DNA of 64,000 nt from a virus (IMGVR_UViG_3300035696_000005:118360-182359); one strand, 5' to 3'. Positions 39,894 to 51,218 are shown, numbered from the stretch's first letter. A program made the numbers and translations. Notes: generated from the letters alone by a model not told the origin.

Positions 39894-42086
39894 ATGGCTA
39901 AAGGCATAACTCAGAAATGTAGACTTTTACTGGAAGGGCGTGAAGTTCCCTTTGTTGCAGCTACTCTTGTTTGCAATATCGGTGAACCGATGACTGCTGT
40001 CATCGAGCTTGTTCCACTTCAGGTCATTAAGTTCATTAAGCCGAAAACACAAGTTCAGATCTTTGTTCAGGATACCTACAACTTCGGTGACACTAATTTC
40101 TATTGTGCATTCGAAGGCGAAACTACCGGGCGTATGATGAGAAAGACGGATGGTTCCCGCTCTTTTCAAATCACAGCCGTAGATTACACCGGATACTGGG
40201 ATGAAGCTAAAGCCTATTACTACAACCCAAACTTTCTTGTGGGTAAAATCGAGGATGTTGTTGAAGGTGGGCAATCACCTTCTGCAGAAGCAAAACAAGC
40301 TGGCGCTACAACACTCACGACAAGTTCGACAGTCAACAGCATCATGATCAACATCATTACTACTGCCCTTCATGGGTCTAGTACGGATCTAATCGATGGT
40401 GTTGTGAACGTGGTTAAAGCTCTGAAGAAGATCAACCTCTTCTACAAAGCAGCGTTCAACCGCCTGCGGATTACTGACCGAATTCAAGTCCTCTCTAGCG
40501 GAAACATCAAAGCATTCCTTAAAGACCTGAACATGGATGACTTCCTGCTCAGCTACACGGGTAAACAGGGTGGAATGACTTCACTCAGGGAAATGCTTCT
40601 CAATGTGATGGGACTTATCTTTCACGATTTCGTAAGCGTTCCGTTTGCGTCGCTGGTTCCGTCCGTTCAGGGTGGCACTAACCTTGGGAACACGATCGCA
40701 AACTTCCTTTTTGTTCCTGACGGCTATCCCTTTCCCCCACCCCAGTGTAATGTCATTTTTCCGAACTACGTGCAGTCATTTGAATTTCGTGATGACTTCC
40801 AATCTAGCCTGACGAGGTTTTCTTATCGTGCAAGTTTCCCAGGATTTGCTGCGGATATTGGTGGTGTGAAGACATATCCAATGCAGTTCTATCCAGATAG
40901 CTTTAAAGACTATATGTTTAACACAGCTACTGAAACAGATGCTGAATACTATAGTTTACTTGGTACGTCTACGATCCTTGTAGATCCAGCAACTGGTAAA
41001 ACCTATGGAGATCTTGCAGAAAGCGGATTTCATTACGGATCTGCCGCAGGAACAAATAGCGCAAACGCTATTGGAAAAACGTCTGTGTCCCCGGTTCTCA
41101 GGGAAGCTGACTTTTTAACTAACGAAGAATCGATTAAGGGCATCATCCTGGATACTGAAACTTTCATGCCCGGAATGACCACACTAGCGTCTCACAGCTC
41201 GGCTGGCTCCATTCGTGGCTTTACTCAGTCAGTCGGCGCTTACATGTTTTACAAGAAAAGATTCTCATCTAGAAACGCACAAGCACAACTGATGTTTCAC
41301 CCATTTCTCGTTCCTGGATTCAACTGCATTATTGTCGACGACAGCGATGCCGGACAAAGCTTCATTGCCAAGATTCAAGGACTGACTCACAATCTCACTC
41401 ACCAGGGATGCTCAACTACTGTTCAGCTTGGCTATGCCCGTGACTTCGATGAGGTCGATGCTTTGACGGGCGGTTCCTCTGAACCTCCTCTTCCGCCCTG
41501 GTTTGATTCAACCAAGTTTGGAAGTGTTGCTACGAATGGCACATTGTTTAACCAGGAAACTGTATATCTCATCAACCAGAACATGTTAGGTCCTCAGTCC
41601 TTTGACCCCACTAACGGGACGCAAGAGCTAATCAATAGGCAAAAGATCTCAACTCAGCCAATTACGATCTACAATCACATGTGCGCCTTCTATCAGCAGC
41701 TCTTAGGTTGCGACTCAGTAACTACTGTCGATTCAGTGGACGATCCAACTGGCTTAGTCACGATGCGCGGTGCTGCTTACTGGCTTACAGAAAAGTTTAA
41801 GCAGCTCCGAAATGATCCGGATGCAAGAGATCGGTTTGTTGTTGATTACATTCAAAGAGAAATCCCAACCATGGCAACGACAATGTATTTTCTGGGAGCT
41901 ATTCCTCTTGGAACGACAGGTATTATCCCTGATGAGTTCGCCGAATTTGTTGCCGTAAGTACTGGGCCTCAAGCTGGTGTTTTTGATGGGACCAACCAAC
42001 CCGACGCACAGGTTCTGCAGATTCGAAGACAAGTTATCGACACTTATGTAGAACTTCTCAAAACTCAACGAGGCTTCAATGGATAA
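39894..42086 (+). CDS. Baseplate hub-like protein
   Basis: 730 aa; N-terminal RLLLEGREVPF..IELVP pattern; context. Confidence 0.5.
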   Translation: MAKGITQKCRLLLEGREVPFVAATLVCNIGEPMTAVIELVPLQVIKFIKPKTQVQIFVQDTYNFGDTNFYCAFEGETTGRMMRKTDGSRSFQITAVDYTGYWDEAKAYYYNPNFLVGKIEDVVEGGQSPSAEAKQAGATTLTTSSTVNSIMINIITTALHGSSTDLIDGVVNVVKALKKINLFYKAAFNRLRITDRIQVLSSGNIKAFLKDLNMDDFLLSYTGKQGGMTSLREMLLNVMGLIFHDFVSVPFASLVPSVQGGTNLGNTIANFLFVPDGYPFPPPQCNVIFPNYVQSFEFRDDFQSSLTRFSYRASFPGFAADIGGVKTYPMQFYPDSFKDYMFNTATETDAEYYSLLGTSTILVDPATGKTYGDLAESGFHYGSAAGTNSANAIGKTSVSPVLREADFLTNEESIKGIILDTETFMPGMTTLASHSSAGSIRGFTQSVGAYMFYKKRFSSRNAQAQLMFHPFLVPGFNCIIVDDSDAGQSFIAKIQGLTHNLTHQGCSTTVQLGYARDFDEVDALTGGSSEPPLPPWFDSTKFGSVATNGTLFNQETVYLINQNMLGPQSFDPTNGTQELINRQKISTQPITIYNHMCAFYQQLLGCDSVTTVDSVDDPTGLVTMRGAAYWLTEKFKQLRNDPDARDRFVVDYIQREIPTMATTMYFLGAIPLGTTGIIPDEFAEFVAVSTGPQAGVFDGTNQPDAQVLQIRRQVIDTYVELLKTQRGFNG

Positions 42087-42933
42087 GGAAAAGCTATTAG
42101 AACTCGAAGCTTATGCAATGGACAAGGTAGGTGCTCCACAGGACGATATCGTGAAAAAGCGCGAGGAAGACATCCGTCTTTTGAACGCGTTTAAGAAAGA
42201 CCCAACCAAAGAAACTTTCACGCCACTTTATCAGTCGTTTAAGCCACTCATCTTTAAGGCGTCACGTCCAAATACTTTCGGCAGTCCTCTTCCTCCTAGC
42301 GCCCATTGGGCTTATGCAACGCAAAGCTTCTTAGATGCGATTAGAACGCACGATCCAAAGCTCGCTCCTTTTCACATTCATGCCTACACAACGATTCTAA
42401 ACAAAGGGAAGCGTTTAAATCTCAAGTATCAAAACATTGGCTACATTCCTGAAGCTCGTGCAACGAAGTATCAACTCTATAACAATACGGTTACGCTTCT
42501 AAGAGAGCAGCTTGGACGAGAGCCCTCTACACTTGAGATAGCAGATGAGATTAAATGGTCTCCCAAGATGGTTGAGACCATGCGCAAGGAAGTACGTACT
42601 GCTTATTTGATGGACGAGGGCAAGTCTGAGATTCATGGAATCGTTAAAAGCGATAAGGCCAAACAAGCTTTGCAGGATATTCAATACAGCCTCATTCCTG
42701 CGCACCAGCTTGTACTTGAGCATGCTGTGGGACTTAATGGAAAGCTTCCTCTTCTAAAGCCTAGTGGCGGACCCGATCTTCAAGCGATCTCTAAGGTGAC
42801 TAAGCTTTCCGTCCCTAAAATCAGAAGCGCGCTAAAGACGATCACTCGTAAATACAAACAGTATCAGGGACAGGTTCTTGGTCCTGAAGAGGTTGATGAG
42901 ATGGAAATTGAAAAAGGGGACGTAGAGGTCTAA
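42079..42933 (+). CDS. Phage sigma70-family factor
   Basis: Region-3-like LREQLGREPSTLEIADEIKWS; region-2-like DAIRTHDP; C-terminal HTH-like segment. Confidence 0.7.
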   Translation: MDKEKLLELEAYAMDKVGAPQDDIVKKREEDIRLLNAFKKDPTKETFTPLYQSFKPLIFKASRPNTFGSPLPPSAHWAYATQSFLDAIRTHDPKLAPFHIHAYTTILNKGKRLNLKYQNIGYIPEARATKYQLYNNTVTLLREQLGREPSTLEIADEIKWSPKMVETMRKEVRTAYLMDEGKSEIHGIVKSDKAKQALQDIQYSLIPAHQLVLEHAVGLNGKLPLLKPSGGPDLQAISKVTKLSVPKIRSALKTITRKYKQYQGQVLGPEEVDEMEIEKGDVEV

Positions 42934-42934
42934 C

Positions 42935-45010
42935 GTGGCAAGTCTACCGGGGCTAGGAACAATCACTGGATCAGGAGCGACTACCGCAGTTACGGGGGCA
43001 TCGCTAGGCGTTTCTGTCATTACCGATTTCATGAAACAAAATCAGACGCAAAACAATGCGTCTATTGCTGCTGCGGAAAATAGAGACAAGACGAATCCAA
43101 ACTCGGTTCTTACAAGCACCACCCAAAATAACGTTGCGGCGAGTACGCAAGCCTCTCTTGCAAACAATCCTATTATCGCGTCAAGTGTTGACTCGATTAA
43201 TAAGGTTGTAACGACAACCACCCAAGGACTTGCTGCTGGACTTACTAGGACAATTACGGGCGCTCTTAAGCCACTTCAATCAGCGTCGGACGCTTACTTC
43301 ACGACTCTTGCCCTTGTATCTACTGCGAGTGTTGAGATTGCCATGGAGCTGGCTCGTGGTAACGCTTCGCTTATTGTTTCTAGAATTGCTCAAAAAGAAA
43401 CTATTATTACTCAGCTTAAAACCGAGGCTACAGCGCTCTATAACGCCGTATCGACTATTCTGCAAAGTCAGCCCTTTCTAACTCCTTACGTGGCTCAACT
43501 TCTTGCTGCTTACAATGATATCGTTACCGCTGACCAGGATTTGAAAAGCGTAGTTGCTGCCCTTGAAACCTCCGCACCTTACTATAACGATACGCTGTTT
43601 AACGCCGCACTTAGTCTTCTGACTACGGCGCAGGCTTTGATTCTTCCCGGATCGGTTTCTGATACAAGCCAAGTCCGCACAGGAACTCCAAACACAGCGA
43701 ATAACACCCCAACTGGACCTAAGCAAGCTGTAGCCACAGCTCTTGTTATTCCTGGAATCAGCGAGCAAATTGCTAAGCTCATGGTTCAATATGCGGTCAT
43801 CACAGAGGAGATCAATCTTCTGATCTCTCTTTATCTTGTCGCTTTGAGTTCGTTCATCAGCACCTATAAGAGAAACCCAAACGTCGATCTTGCGACAATC
43901 AACCATATTAACTCAGCAACCAGTCAGCTCGATTCGCTTTTAGCGAGCATGAAGGTTTATCTCTTTCCTACAGACGCACAGAAGGCAAATCCACTGTTTC
44001 CTGTTCAATTGACCTCAAACGCCACGACTTGGGGACTTAAGCTCGCCGCAATTATTCAGTGGCTTAAGGTCAACCCTGGCGCAGCCTCCCAATCACTCAA
44101 CGTCACAGGTCAGAGCGTGACTCTGTACAACAAGTCAATTGCTAATTTAAACGCCCAGGGAAACATTACGTACAATACTGCCACTCTTCTTGTGACTGCT
44201 GCTCAAGAAAACGTACTCAACACAGGTGAGCAAGTTGCACGATTTCTTTTTGATGCCAATACGGTACTTGCTACTCGACAAAACCCAAGAAACGTCCTTG
44301 CGGAAATGCAGCAATTCTTAGATCTGATGAGTGCGTCCCACGAACTTGACCAAAACATCATCTCTTACCTAACACCTTTCATCAACACACCAAATGAACT
44401 TATCGCTGGAGCCAAGAGCGTGGTAAGCAATCTCAGCGGTGCGGCTAAAAGTTTGGGGTTTGATCGAGTAGGTGATCTAATTGCAAAAGGTGATATCTCA
44501 AACCTATTCGCAACTAATGCAGCTACAGCTACTTACGTGGGCGCAGCGCTTGTGGGTGTTCGTGGGATTATTTCAACTGTGAGCTCAAATCCGAACGCCA
44601 CTGATCAGGACATGGCAAAGCTTAACGCTGTAAGCACGGATCTCAGCAGTCAAAACGCCGTGAAGCAAGTCGATGCGAGCCGTAGCGCGACAGACACCAC
44701 GGCAACATATGCTGCCCAAACCAGCGCTCAGACAGCTGCCACCAATCAGGATGGAAACTCTGCTATTCAGGTCGCTCAAAAGTACACGCCATCAGCATCA
44801 AGCAGCACACCTTCCTCGGTTTCTCTTAACAGCATCTTTAAGAACATCACTGGTAATTCGTTTGGCTTGCTTCCAACAAACCCGAGTTCACCCGCATCTA
44901 CTAAGAATACTTCATCAGCTACTGCAGCCATTACGGGTGGTGTTGGAACTCCAAATACTTCAACTAACCTTGGAACGCCCTCTCCTGCAGGAGTGGGTGG
45001 TGTCGGCTAA
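42935..45010 (+). CDS. Hypothetical virion protein, 691 aa
   Basis: Long ORF in the tail module; Ala/Thr/Ser-rich. Confidence 0.65.
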   Translation: MASLPGLGTITGSGATTAVTGASLGVSVITDFMKQNQTQNNASIAAAENRDKTNPNSVLTSTTQNNVAASTQASLANNPIIASSVDSINKVVTTTTQGLAAGLTRTITGALKPLQSASDAYFTTLALVSTASVEIAMELARGNASLIVSRIAQKETIITQLKTEATALYNAVSTILQSQPFLTPYVAQLLAAYNDIVTADQDLKSVVAALETSAPYYNDTLFNAALSLLTTAQALILPGSVSDTSQVRTGTPNTANNTPTGPKQAVATALVIPGISEQIAKLMVQYAVITEEINLLISLYLVALSSFISTYKRNPNVDLATINHINSATSQLDSLLASMKVYLFPTDAQKANPLFPVQLTSNATTWGLKLAAIIQWLKVNPGAASQSLNVTGQSVTLYNKSIANLNAQGNITYNTATLLVTAAQENVLNTGEQVARFLFDANTVLATRQNPRNVLAEMQQFLDLMSASHELDQNIISYLTPFINTPNELIAGAKSVVSNLSGAAKSLGFDRVGDLIAKGDISNLFATNAATATYVGAALVGVRGIISTVSSNPNATDQDMAKLNAVSTDLSSQNAVKQVDASRSATDTTATYAAQTSAQTAATNQDGNSAIQVAQKYTPSASSSTPSSVSLNSIFKNITGNSFGLLPTNPSSPASTKNTSSATAAITGGVGTPNTSTNLGTPSPAGVGGVG

Positions 45011-45024
45011 ACAAGGAGGACCTC

Positions 45025-45441
45025 GTGCCCGATATTCAGATTTTTCAAATTGATCCAACCACTGGCTTGGGAACTCTTGAGCTTGGTAATGCCCCTAAGG
45101 AACTTGCGGGCATTCAGCTTCTTGCTCAAATCGTCGCTCTTTCATTTCTTAGAGACCCGGGTCAAGACGTGATTGATCCAACTGAAGGCGCTGGTGTTCG
45201 CCAAGACATCGGAAATCTTTCTGTCACCTCAGAGGATGAAGCCAATCTTCTTATAATGCAACGCACCAAGGTTGTGGAGACAGAAGTACTCAGCAGGCAG
45301 ACCGTTGGGATTGGAGATCCGAGCGAGAAGCTTCTAAGTCTCACTGTTCTTGATGTCGCCTCAAATCTTTCTGAAGCGCAGATCATGACTCGCATCAAAG
45401 TAACGAGCGAGACTGGTCAGTCAACTGAGATCCTTGTATGA
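45025..45441 (+). CDS. Baseplate wedge, gp25-like
   Basis: 138 aa; FLRDPGQD..PTEGAG; precedes a J-like gene; GGAGG RBS. Confidence 0.55.
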   Translation: MPDIQIFQIDPTTGLGTLELGNAPKELAGIQLLAQIVALSFLRDPGQDVIDPTEGAGVRQDIGNLSVTSEDEANLLIMQRTKVVETEVLSRQTVGIGDPSEKLLSLTVLDVASNLSEAQIMTRIKVTSETGQSTEILV

Positions 45442-45457
45442 TTAGGATGGGATAACC

Positions 45458-47959
45458 ATGGCTGATTTACCAGTTCTAACATTCATTCAAGAGCGTATTA
45501 GCGAAGCAGATTCAACCCTTGAGCTTAGGAAGGGTACGGCTTTCTACGATCTCTTTGTAAAGCCACAAGAATTTATGCTCCAGCCGTTGATTACGGCAAT
45601 GGAAACAGTACTTACTGCACAGAGCGTAAGCCGCATCCTAGCGCTATCTAATCCAGATCAGTTTGATACGAGCCTTGTTGATGATCTTGTTTCTAACGTC
45701 TATGTCACAAGAAACCAAGGTGCTTTAGCAACGACAACTGTTCGGGTATTTTATCAGACACCACTGGATAAGGAATACGCGGCTCTTACAGCTGAGTTTG
45801 ATTCTGATAGTCTCTCGTTCTTCAACAGCGTGGATGTTGTCATTACGGCAACCGAAATGCAGCTTCAGATCCAGGGAAACTTCTACTACTTAGACTTTCC
45901 TGTTCAGGCACAAGCTACTGGGTCAGCCTACAATCTGGATGTCACCCAGGGCGTAACTTTCATCAACGATACGGATGCAGTAAGTGCTATTTTCCTAGCC
46001 CCCGCAGTGGGCGGATTGGCGGCAGAAACAAACACCCAGGTGCTCAATCGTGCTGCTAACTCAATTGGTGTCAGGGATCTTGAAACGATCAAAGGCATCA
46101 ATGGCATCATTCAGCAGAACTTCCCTTACGTTACCGAGATTCAGGCTATTGGCATGGGTGATCCAGAGATGCAAAGGGACATTATCTACAACGCCCACGT
46201 TGGTGGTAACACGGACATTTACTTGAAGACACCGGTTTACCAAACGGTTACCAATAACTTCATTGGTGTCGAATACGACTTTACTCGCAATCTTCCCTAC
46301 AGCGTCAATCTTCAACTTACGGCTACATCCTTTAGTGATCCTGCGTCTTACCTCAATACACCAGAAATCGTAAGCCAGACGGTAAATGTCACGAGTAATA
46401 CGATCCCCACCGCAGGATTTTGTGTCACCGCCCATATTCCCGCAGGTGTTGGAATTAACCTAAGTGCTGGCCAGTGGATTAAACTTCAGGTGGATAACGG
46501 AGTACCGGTCAATATCAAGGTTGCAGGAGCTAATCCTGCCTCAACCCAACGCTTTGAGGTCATCAACGCAATTAATGCGGCTGTCGGACTTACGGTAGCA
46601 AGCGAGTACGCAACCGACCAAGTTCTAATTCAAAGCTTGACGGTAGGGGCTGGCTCTCAGCTTATCTTCTATCAGCCAGATTCTCCTCGATCAGACGGCA
46701 CACTTCTTCTGGTTCCTTCTATCGCAACTGTACCGCCAGCTACTGTTGCCTATTCTCCTCCGACACCCGGTTCCTTCGTAGGCATTGCTCCGATTGTTTA
46801 CATTGAAAACGTCGATTATCAGATCGACTACACCACTGGCCAGATTATCAATCTTCTTGGATCTATTCTGAGTGGAAGAATCATAGCGGAACACCCAGGT
46901 ATTCCCGATGCGGGCGCAGGTATTATCACCACGGGAAGTAACATTATTTCAACAGCGACTGTGGGAGCTTTCTCTCTTGTTCAGCCTGGGGATCAATTCA
47001 TTGTTGATGTCTCGACTGGCGTTACTCCTGGCACTTATGTTGTGAGTCAAAAGATCAATAACCAAACCCTGAAACTTCAAAACTTTAATCCAACGTCAAA
47101 CGACTCTGCCGTCCAATACCATGTGATTAGTAGTCAGGTCGTTGTAGTAACTTACCAGTACAATCCGATAAGCATCGACATCGGACCTAACGTTATTCTT
47201 GCTGATGGAGTCAGTCGTGGCATTCGCCCAGGACGAGAAGATTACACCATTACTGATGTAGCCTTTATCGACATCATCTCTATCCAAGAGATCGATCCCA
47301 TTACCCAGCAAGGACTTGGAATTTTCTTGAATGGTCCTGGTGGCTTTGGTTCCGGTGGGTTTGGTCTTGGACCTTTCGGTATTGGGTCTGCGGGTGATTA
47401 CCAGTTCATTGTAAATGTCCCACCCGCCAGATTCTCTGCTTGGGAAGATGCGCTGATTGCTTTTAATCCTTCTTTCTTTGGACAGAGTTTTGCGATTACT
47501 TATTATGCAGCCGATGAAATCGCATCGATCCATTCTTTTTGCACAAACGATGGGGAACGTGTTACAGGTGCATCGGTACTTGCAAAAGCATTCATTCCAG
47601 CTCTTGTTGATATGACGATCACGGTTAGACCTAACCCAGCTAACATCAATACGCCCACAAACGCGGCGCTTGTCACGTTAGTGTCCAATTACATCAACAC
47701 TGTGACTACGGTTCCGGGGCCTAATCCTATTCAGCAATCCGTCATCGAACAAACAATTATCGATTCTGGCATCGCCTCCGTGCAAACGCCGTTTACGATG
47801 ACTGCTACTATTCTGAATCCGGACGGAAGCACTACGATTCTTACAAGTACGGATGAGATGATCTTGCCATCTGTTACTCTGCCTAGCGAAACCTCTAACT
47901 ACACGACTCCGAGGATCACACACTGGTATCCTAGGAACATTGTGATTAACGGAGTATAA
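45458..47959 (+). CDS. Baseplate wedge protein (gp6/J-like)
   Basis: GTAFYDLFVKP, R..GALATTTVRV.., AVGG..AETN pattern; 833 aa. Confidence 0.7.
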   Translation: MADLPVLTFIQERISEADSTLELRKGTAFYDLFVKPQEFMLQPLITAMETVLTAQSVSRILALSNPDQFDTSLVDDLVSNVYVTRNQGALATTTVRVFYQTPLDKEYAALTAEFDSDSLSFFNSVDVVITATEMQLQIQGNFYYLDFPVQAQATGSAYNLDVTQGVTFINDTDAVSAIFLAPAVGGLAAETNTQVLNRAANSIGVRDLETIKGINGIIQQNFPYVTEIQAIGMGDPEMQRDIIYNAHVGGNTDIYLKTPVYQTVTNNFIGVEYDFTRNLPYSVNLQLTATSFSDPASYLNTPEIVSQTVNVTSNTIPTAGFCVTAHIPAGVGINLSAGQWIKLQVDNGVPVNIKVAGANPASTQRFEVINAINAAVGLTVASEYATDQVLIQSLTVGAGSQLIFYQPDSPRSDGTLLLVPSIATVPPATVAYSPPTPGSFVGIAPIVYIENVDYQIDYTTGQIINLLGSILSGRIIAEHPGIPDAGAGIITTGSNIISTATVGAFSLVQPGDQFIVDVSTGVTPGTYVVSQKINNQTLKLQNFNPTSNDSAVQYHVISSQVVVVTYQYNPISIDIGPNVILADGVSRGIRPGREDYTITDVAFIDIISIQEIDPITQQGLGIFLNGPGGFGSGGFGLGPFGIGSAGDYQFIVNVPPARFSAWEDALIAFNPSFFGQSFAITYYAADEIASIHSFCTNDGERVTGASVLAKAFIPALVDMTITVRPNPANINTPTNAALVTLVSNYINTVTTVPGPNPIQQSVIEQTIIDSGIASVQTPFTMTATILNPDGSTTILTSTDEMILPSVTLPSETSNYTTPRITHWYPRNIVINGV

Positions 47960-47960
47960 G

Positions 47961-48368
47961 ATGCCATTCGTATCACAAGCACAAAGAGGTCTTTTTTATC
48001 ACAAGAAAGAAACCGGCGAGTTCTCCCCGGAGATGGTAAAGCACTGGGAGGAGGCTACCCCAAAAGGAAAGAAGCTTCCAGCAAGACTTCATCCCAAGGC
48101 TAAGCATGGTCACAGCAAGCACGCTTTCGTAGAAGGCTTCAAAAAAGTCGCCATCATTGATCTTCCAGACGAAGCTCGATATGGTGCTATTGTTCCAATG
48201 CAAGATTATGTGCCCGGCAGAATCGGAAAGCAGCTTGATACCGAAACGGGTCAGCGAAGGAAAACCAACTTCAGAACTGATAACGTAAGAAACGAAGACC
48301 GCGAATTCAACCAAGCGATCAAGCATGATGTAGCAAACGCAAGGAGACCTAAGACATGGCGTTCATAA
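47961..48368 (+). CDS. Hypothetical protein (MPFVSQAQ-type N-terminus)
   Basis: ORF track; F..GF.K.A motif shared with the next gene. Confidence 0.65.
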   Translation: MPFVSQAQRGLFYHKKETGEFSPEMVKHWEEATPKGKKLPARLHPKAKHGHSKHAFVEGFKKVAIIDLPDEARYGAIVPMQDYVPGRIGKQLDTETGQRRKTNFRTDNVRNEDREFNQAIKHDVANARRPKTWRS

Positions 48369-48574
48369 AGGGTTTTGAAAAGAAGGCAGCCAAGTCACAG
48401 GGACTTTCCCCCACTACGCTTGAGCACGCTGGGCTTGGACTTCTTTATCCTGCTGCAGCTTTGCATACCTATAAGGCGATAAAAGAAAAGAACAAAGGTG
48501 AGGCCGCTACGGGCGCTGCAGAGTTGGGAGGACTCGGTCTTCTCTCTAGAGCCGTAGCCAAAGGCCACAAGTAA
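48356..48574 (+). CDS. Small hypothetical protein
   Basis: MAFIKGFEKKAA; AAGGAG RBS. Confidence 0.6.
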   Translation: MAFIKGFEKKAAKSQGLSPTTLEHAGLGLLYPAAALHTYKAIKEKNKGEAATGAAELGGLGLLSRAVAKGHK

Positions 48575-48576
48575 CG

Positions 48577-50346
48577 ATGGCAACAGCTGATACAGATCTA
48601 TTTGGCTTTATCAACGATCTCTACAACCTTCTTCCCGAGATTGATCGGATTAGGTTTGGGGAGCTTTGGACTGCTTACGAACAAACCTACGGAGATGTTT
48701 GGACAAGACTTCTTCAGAGCCAGCTCTCGTCGGTCATCTCGACTTTGCCCCTCTACAACATCCAACGTTGGCTTCAACACGAATTTGACACCACGACCCA
48801 GGTTAATCTCCGGGCTACTTATACTACAAATCAAGATGTAAGCCAGGGGCTCAACTTTTTAAACAGATATTTGATTCGTTTCAGTGTGGATGGCGGACCA
48901 CAAATTGAAGTGAACCTAACCGGGGCTAATCCGGCCAGTACGACAAGTGCTGAGATCATCTCTAAGATTAACACGGCTGCGGGGTTCACATTTGCAACGC
49001 TGGTTGTTGACAATGCCTTGATTCAATTTAGTAGCCCTACTAGCGGACCTACGAGCTCAATCACTTTTTACCCGGCATCTGTTCCAACTGCTGATGCAAG
49101 TGGCATCGTTCTTGGACTTGACCCGGCGGATCTTCCGGAGACCTTCCCAGAATTTCCTTACGCCTATGCGCTAGTGGACTCAGACATTGCAAGCATTCCT
49201 ACGCTTCAAGATAAGATCCGCGTTGAGAGCGTTACTGTCACCCTTACGCAGAACGTGGATTATGCCGTAAGCTCTGGCATTATTATGTTTGCAGAGCAGC
49301 CTGCGATCACAATGAATCTACCCGTTGCAGCAGGACCCGGAACGGTCACAGCTGTAGGCAATTCACAGATTGTTATCACCTACACGAGTATGATCGTAGA
49401 GACCTATACGATCCCATCAAACTCTTCCTCTCTTGTTTCCGTAGGGCAGACAGTCATAGAAAACCAGCCACTTGTTGCAATCTACATGTGGGCTCAGAAT
49501 ACGCTCTATAACTTCGAGACCCCTTACAATAATTACGGCTACCTGATGAACTATTACGCTCCGAATAGTTCTCAGTATCTTAAGGCTGTCCAAGGACTTT
49601 GGTTCGCCTATTGGACTGGACCTAGCCCAAAGAACATCGAGAACTCCTTATATCTGCTCTTTGGACTTCCCACCGCAAGCTATGCTGGGGTTGTATCCTC
49701 CGTTACGCCAACTACTATCACCCTGGCTTACAACAACGGTCTAACCGAATCTTTTACGATTCCACCAAACCTACTTGCTCTGGTTGGTCCTGGTGATCCA
49801 GTAAATCAATACCAGCCCCTCGTTACTGGCATCACAGTTCTAGACAAGGTGAACTCACCCGGGTTTTTGGCTAGGGAGGTGGGACGCACAGGCATCCAGC
49901 AGTTCCTAACTCAGTACGCCACCCGTGGAACAGGTCCAAATACGGATGAAACTAAAGCCCTTAAAACTGTTGAACAGAATACTTATCTGCCTCAGATCGA
50001 TGTAAATGCCTTCATTACAACAAACATCAACCTTGGGAACGTAAGAACTTTCTTAACGAACATGCAACCCAAGAGCAGAACATTCTTGTTCCAGGTGCTT
50101 GTAGGCACATTTGATGATCAACTGATAATGGAAGAGGTGCTTGCTCAGAACATCAGCTTTGACGTTACGCCAAACGTGGATTACAACCCCAACACCTACG
50201 CTCAGCAATCTGACCTAACTGATGCCGAAACAGACCCAAACACAGGGATCATCTTGGATAGCGAAGCCTTTACTTTGGTGGATTATCTTAGTATCGATAT
50301 TTATAACCACGCGGTCTTTATCGAGACTTTGCATGTCGAGGGGTAA
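48577..50346 (+). CDS. Baseplate wedge-associated protein
   Basis: 589 aa; YLKAVQGLWFAYWTGPS..NIE..L; context. Confidence 0.5.
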   Translation: MATADTDLFGFINDLYNLLPEIDRIRFGELWTAYEQTYGDVWTRLLQSQLSSVISTLPLYNIQRWLQHEFDTTTQVNLRATYTTNQDVSQGLNFLNRYLIRFSVDGGPQIEVNLTGANPASTTSAEIISKINTAAGFTFATLVVDNALIQFSSPTSGPTSSITFYPASVPTADASGIVLGLDPADLPETFPEFPYAYALVDSDIASIPTLQDKIRVESVTVTLTQNVDYAVSSGIIMFAEQPAITMNLPVAAGPGTVTAVGNSQIVITYTSMIVETYTIPSNSSSLVSVGQTVIENQPLVAIYMWAQNTLYNFETPYNNYGYLMNYYAPNSSQYLKAVQGLWFAYWTGPSPKNIENSLYLLFGLPTASYAGVVSSVTPTTITLAYNNGLTESFTIPPNLLALVGPGDPVNQYQPLVTGITVLDKVNSPGFLAREVGRTGIQQFLTQYATRGTGPNTDETKALKTVEQNTYLPQIDVNAFITTNINLGNVRTFLTNMQPKSRTFLFQVLVGTFDDQLIMEEVLAQNISFDVTPNVDYNPNTYAQQSDLTDAETDPNTGIILDSEAFTLVDYLSIDIYNHAVFIETLHVEG

Positions 50347-50354
50347 CGTGTAAA

Positions 50355-51218
50355 ATGAGGACTATGAAGCAAGGCGGAAAAACCCTCCTACAGTCATCCA
50401 GCAACCCGCGCTCATGTAGCGATGGCCTCAAAATGAAGGGGGTTGTTGAATACCTCGTCTATCACCACGGCAAGCTTGTGGATAGACAAGTGCTTGAAAA
50501 CATTATTTTTTATCAGGGAAACGGGGCGATTATCAGGTCGCTTGCAACGATCTCTCCATCAACTCTTCCGGCAATTATTAATCGCATGGCGGTTGGAGAC
50601 CAAGGAACGATTCCTTCTAGTTCGATTACTCCAAAGGTTCCGACAAAAGATCTTCCTCAAGTTTTGGCTACAAACGGTCTTTACCACGAGGTTTACCGCA
50701 AGGACATTGACTCAAGCGTAATCACAACAAATAACGGCGCGACGTTCACGCCAACCTGCACTATCGTCGCCGGAAGTACTGTTGTCACTACGACAGATAC
50801 TTCAAGTCTCGCGGCGGGTATGTCTGTTTCCGGAACTTATATTCCGGTTGGCGACGTGATTGGAGCCATTCTCAGCTCAACTCAGTTTACGATTGGACCC
50901 GGCACTCCAACTCAGAGCACTGTTGAAGTTCTAACTATCTCTGGGGCTGCTAACCAAGTTCAGTTCTCGGCTCAGTTCAATGCTCCTGATATTGCGCTCT
51001 CGGCTTACACGAACCCAAGTAACCCGGTACTCAATGAAGTGGGGCTTGTTTTGATCAATCCCGCAGCGCCGTCAGGCATCACTCGCTCTCCTGTTACTGC
51101 ACCGACAGCCCCGCCGTCGGATGAGGTAATCATGTCGATCAGGACTTTTCCAAGTATTCCGTTCACGATTGCAAACGATGTGTCGGTTACGATCCGATAC
51201 ACAATCTATATGGTGTAA
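50355..51218 (+). CDS. Baseplate / fibre-attachment protein
   Basis: VLENIIF..G, MAVGD, LNEVGL, FP.IP motifs typical of distal baseplate proteins. Confidence 0.5.
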   Translation: MRTMKQGGKTLLQSSSNPRSCSDGLKMKGVVEYLVYHHGKLVDRQVLENIIFYQGNGAIIRSLATISPSTLPAIINRMAVGDQGTIPSSSITPKVPTKDLPQVLATNGLYHEVYRKDIDSSVITTNNGATFTPTCTIVAGSTVVTTTDTSSLAAGMSVSGTYIPVGDVIGAILSSTQFTIGPGTPTQSTVEVLTISGAANQVQFSAQFNAPDIALSAYTNPSNPVLNEVGLVLINPAAPSGITRSPVTAPTAPPSDEVIMSIRTFPSIPFTIANDVSVTIRYTIYMV

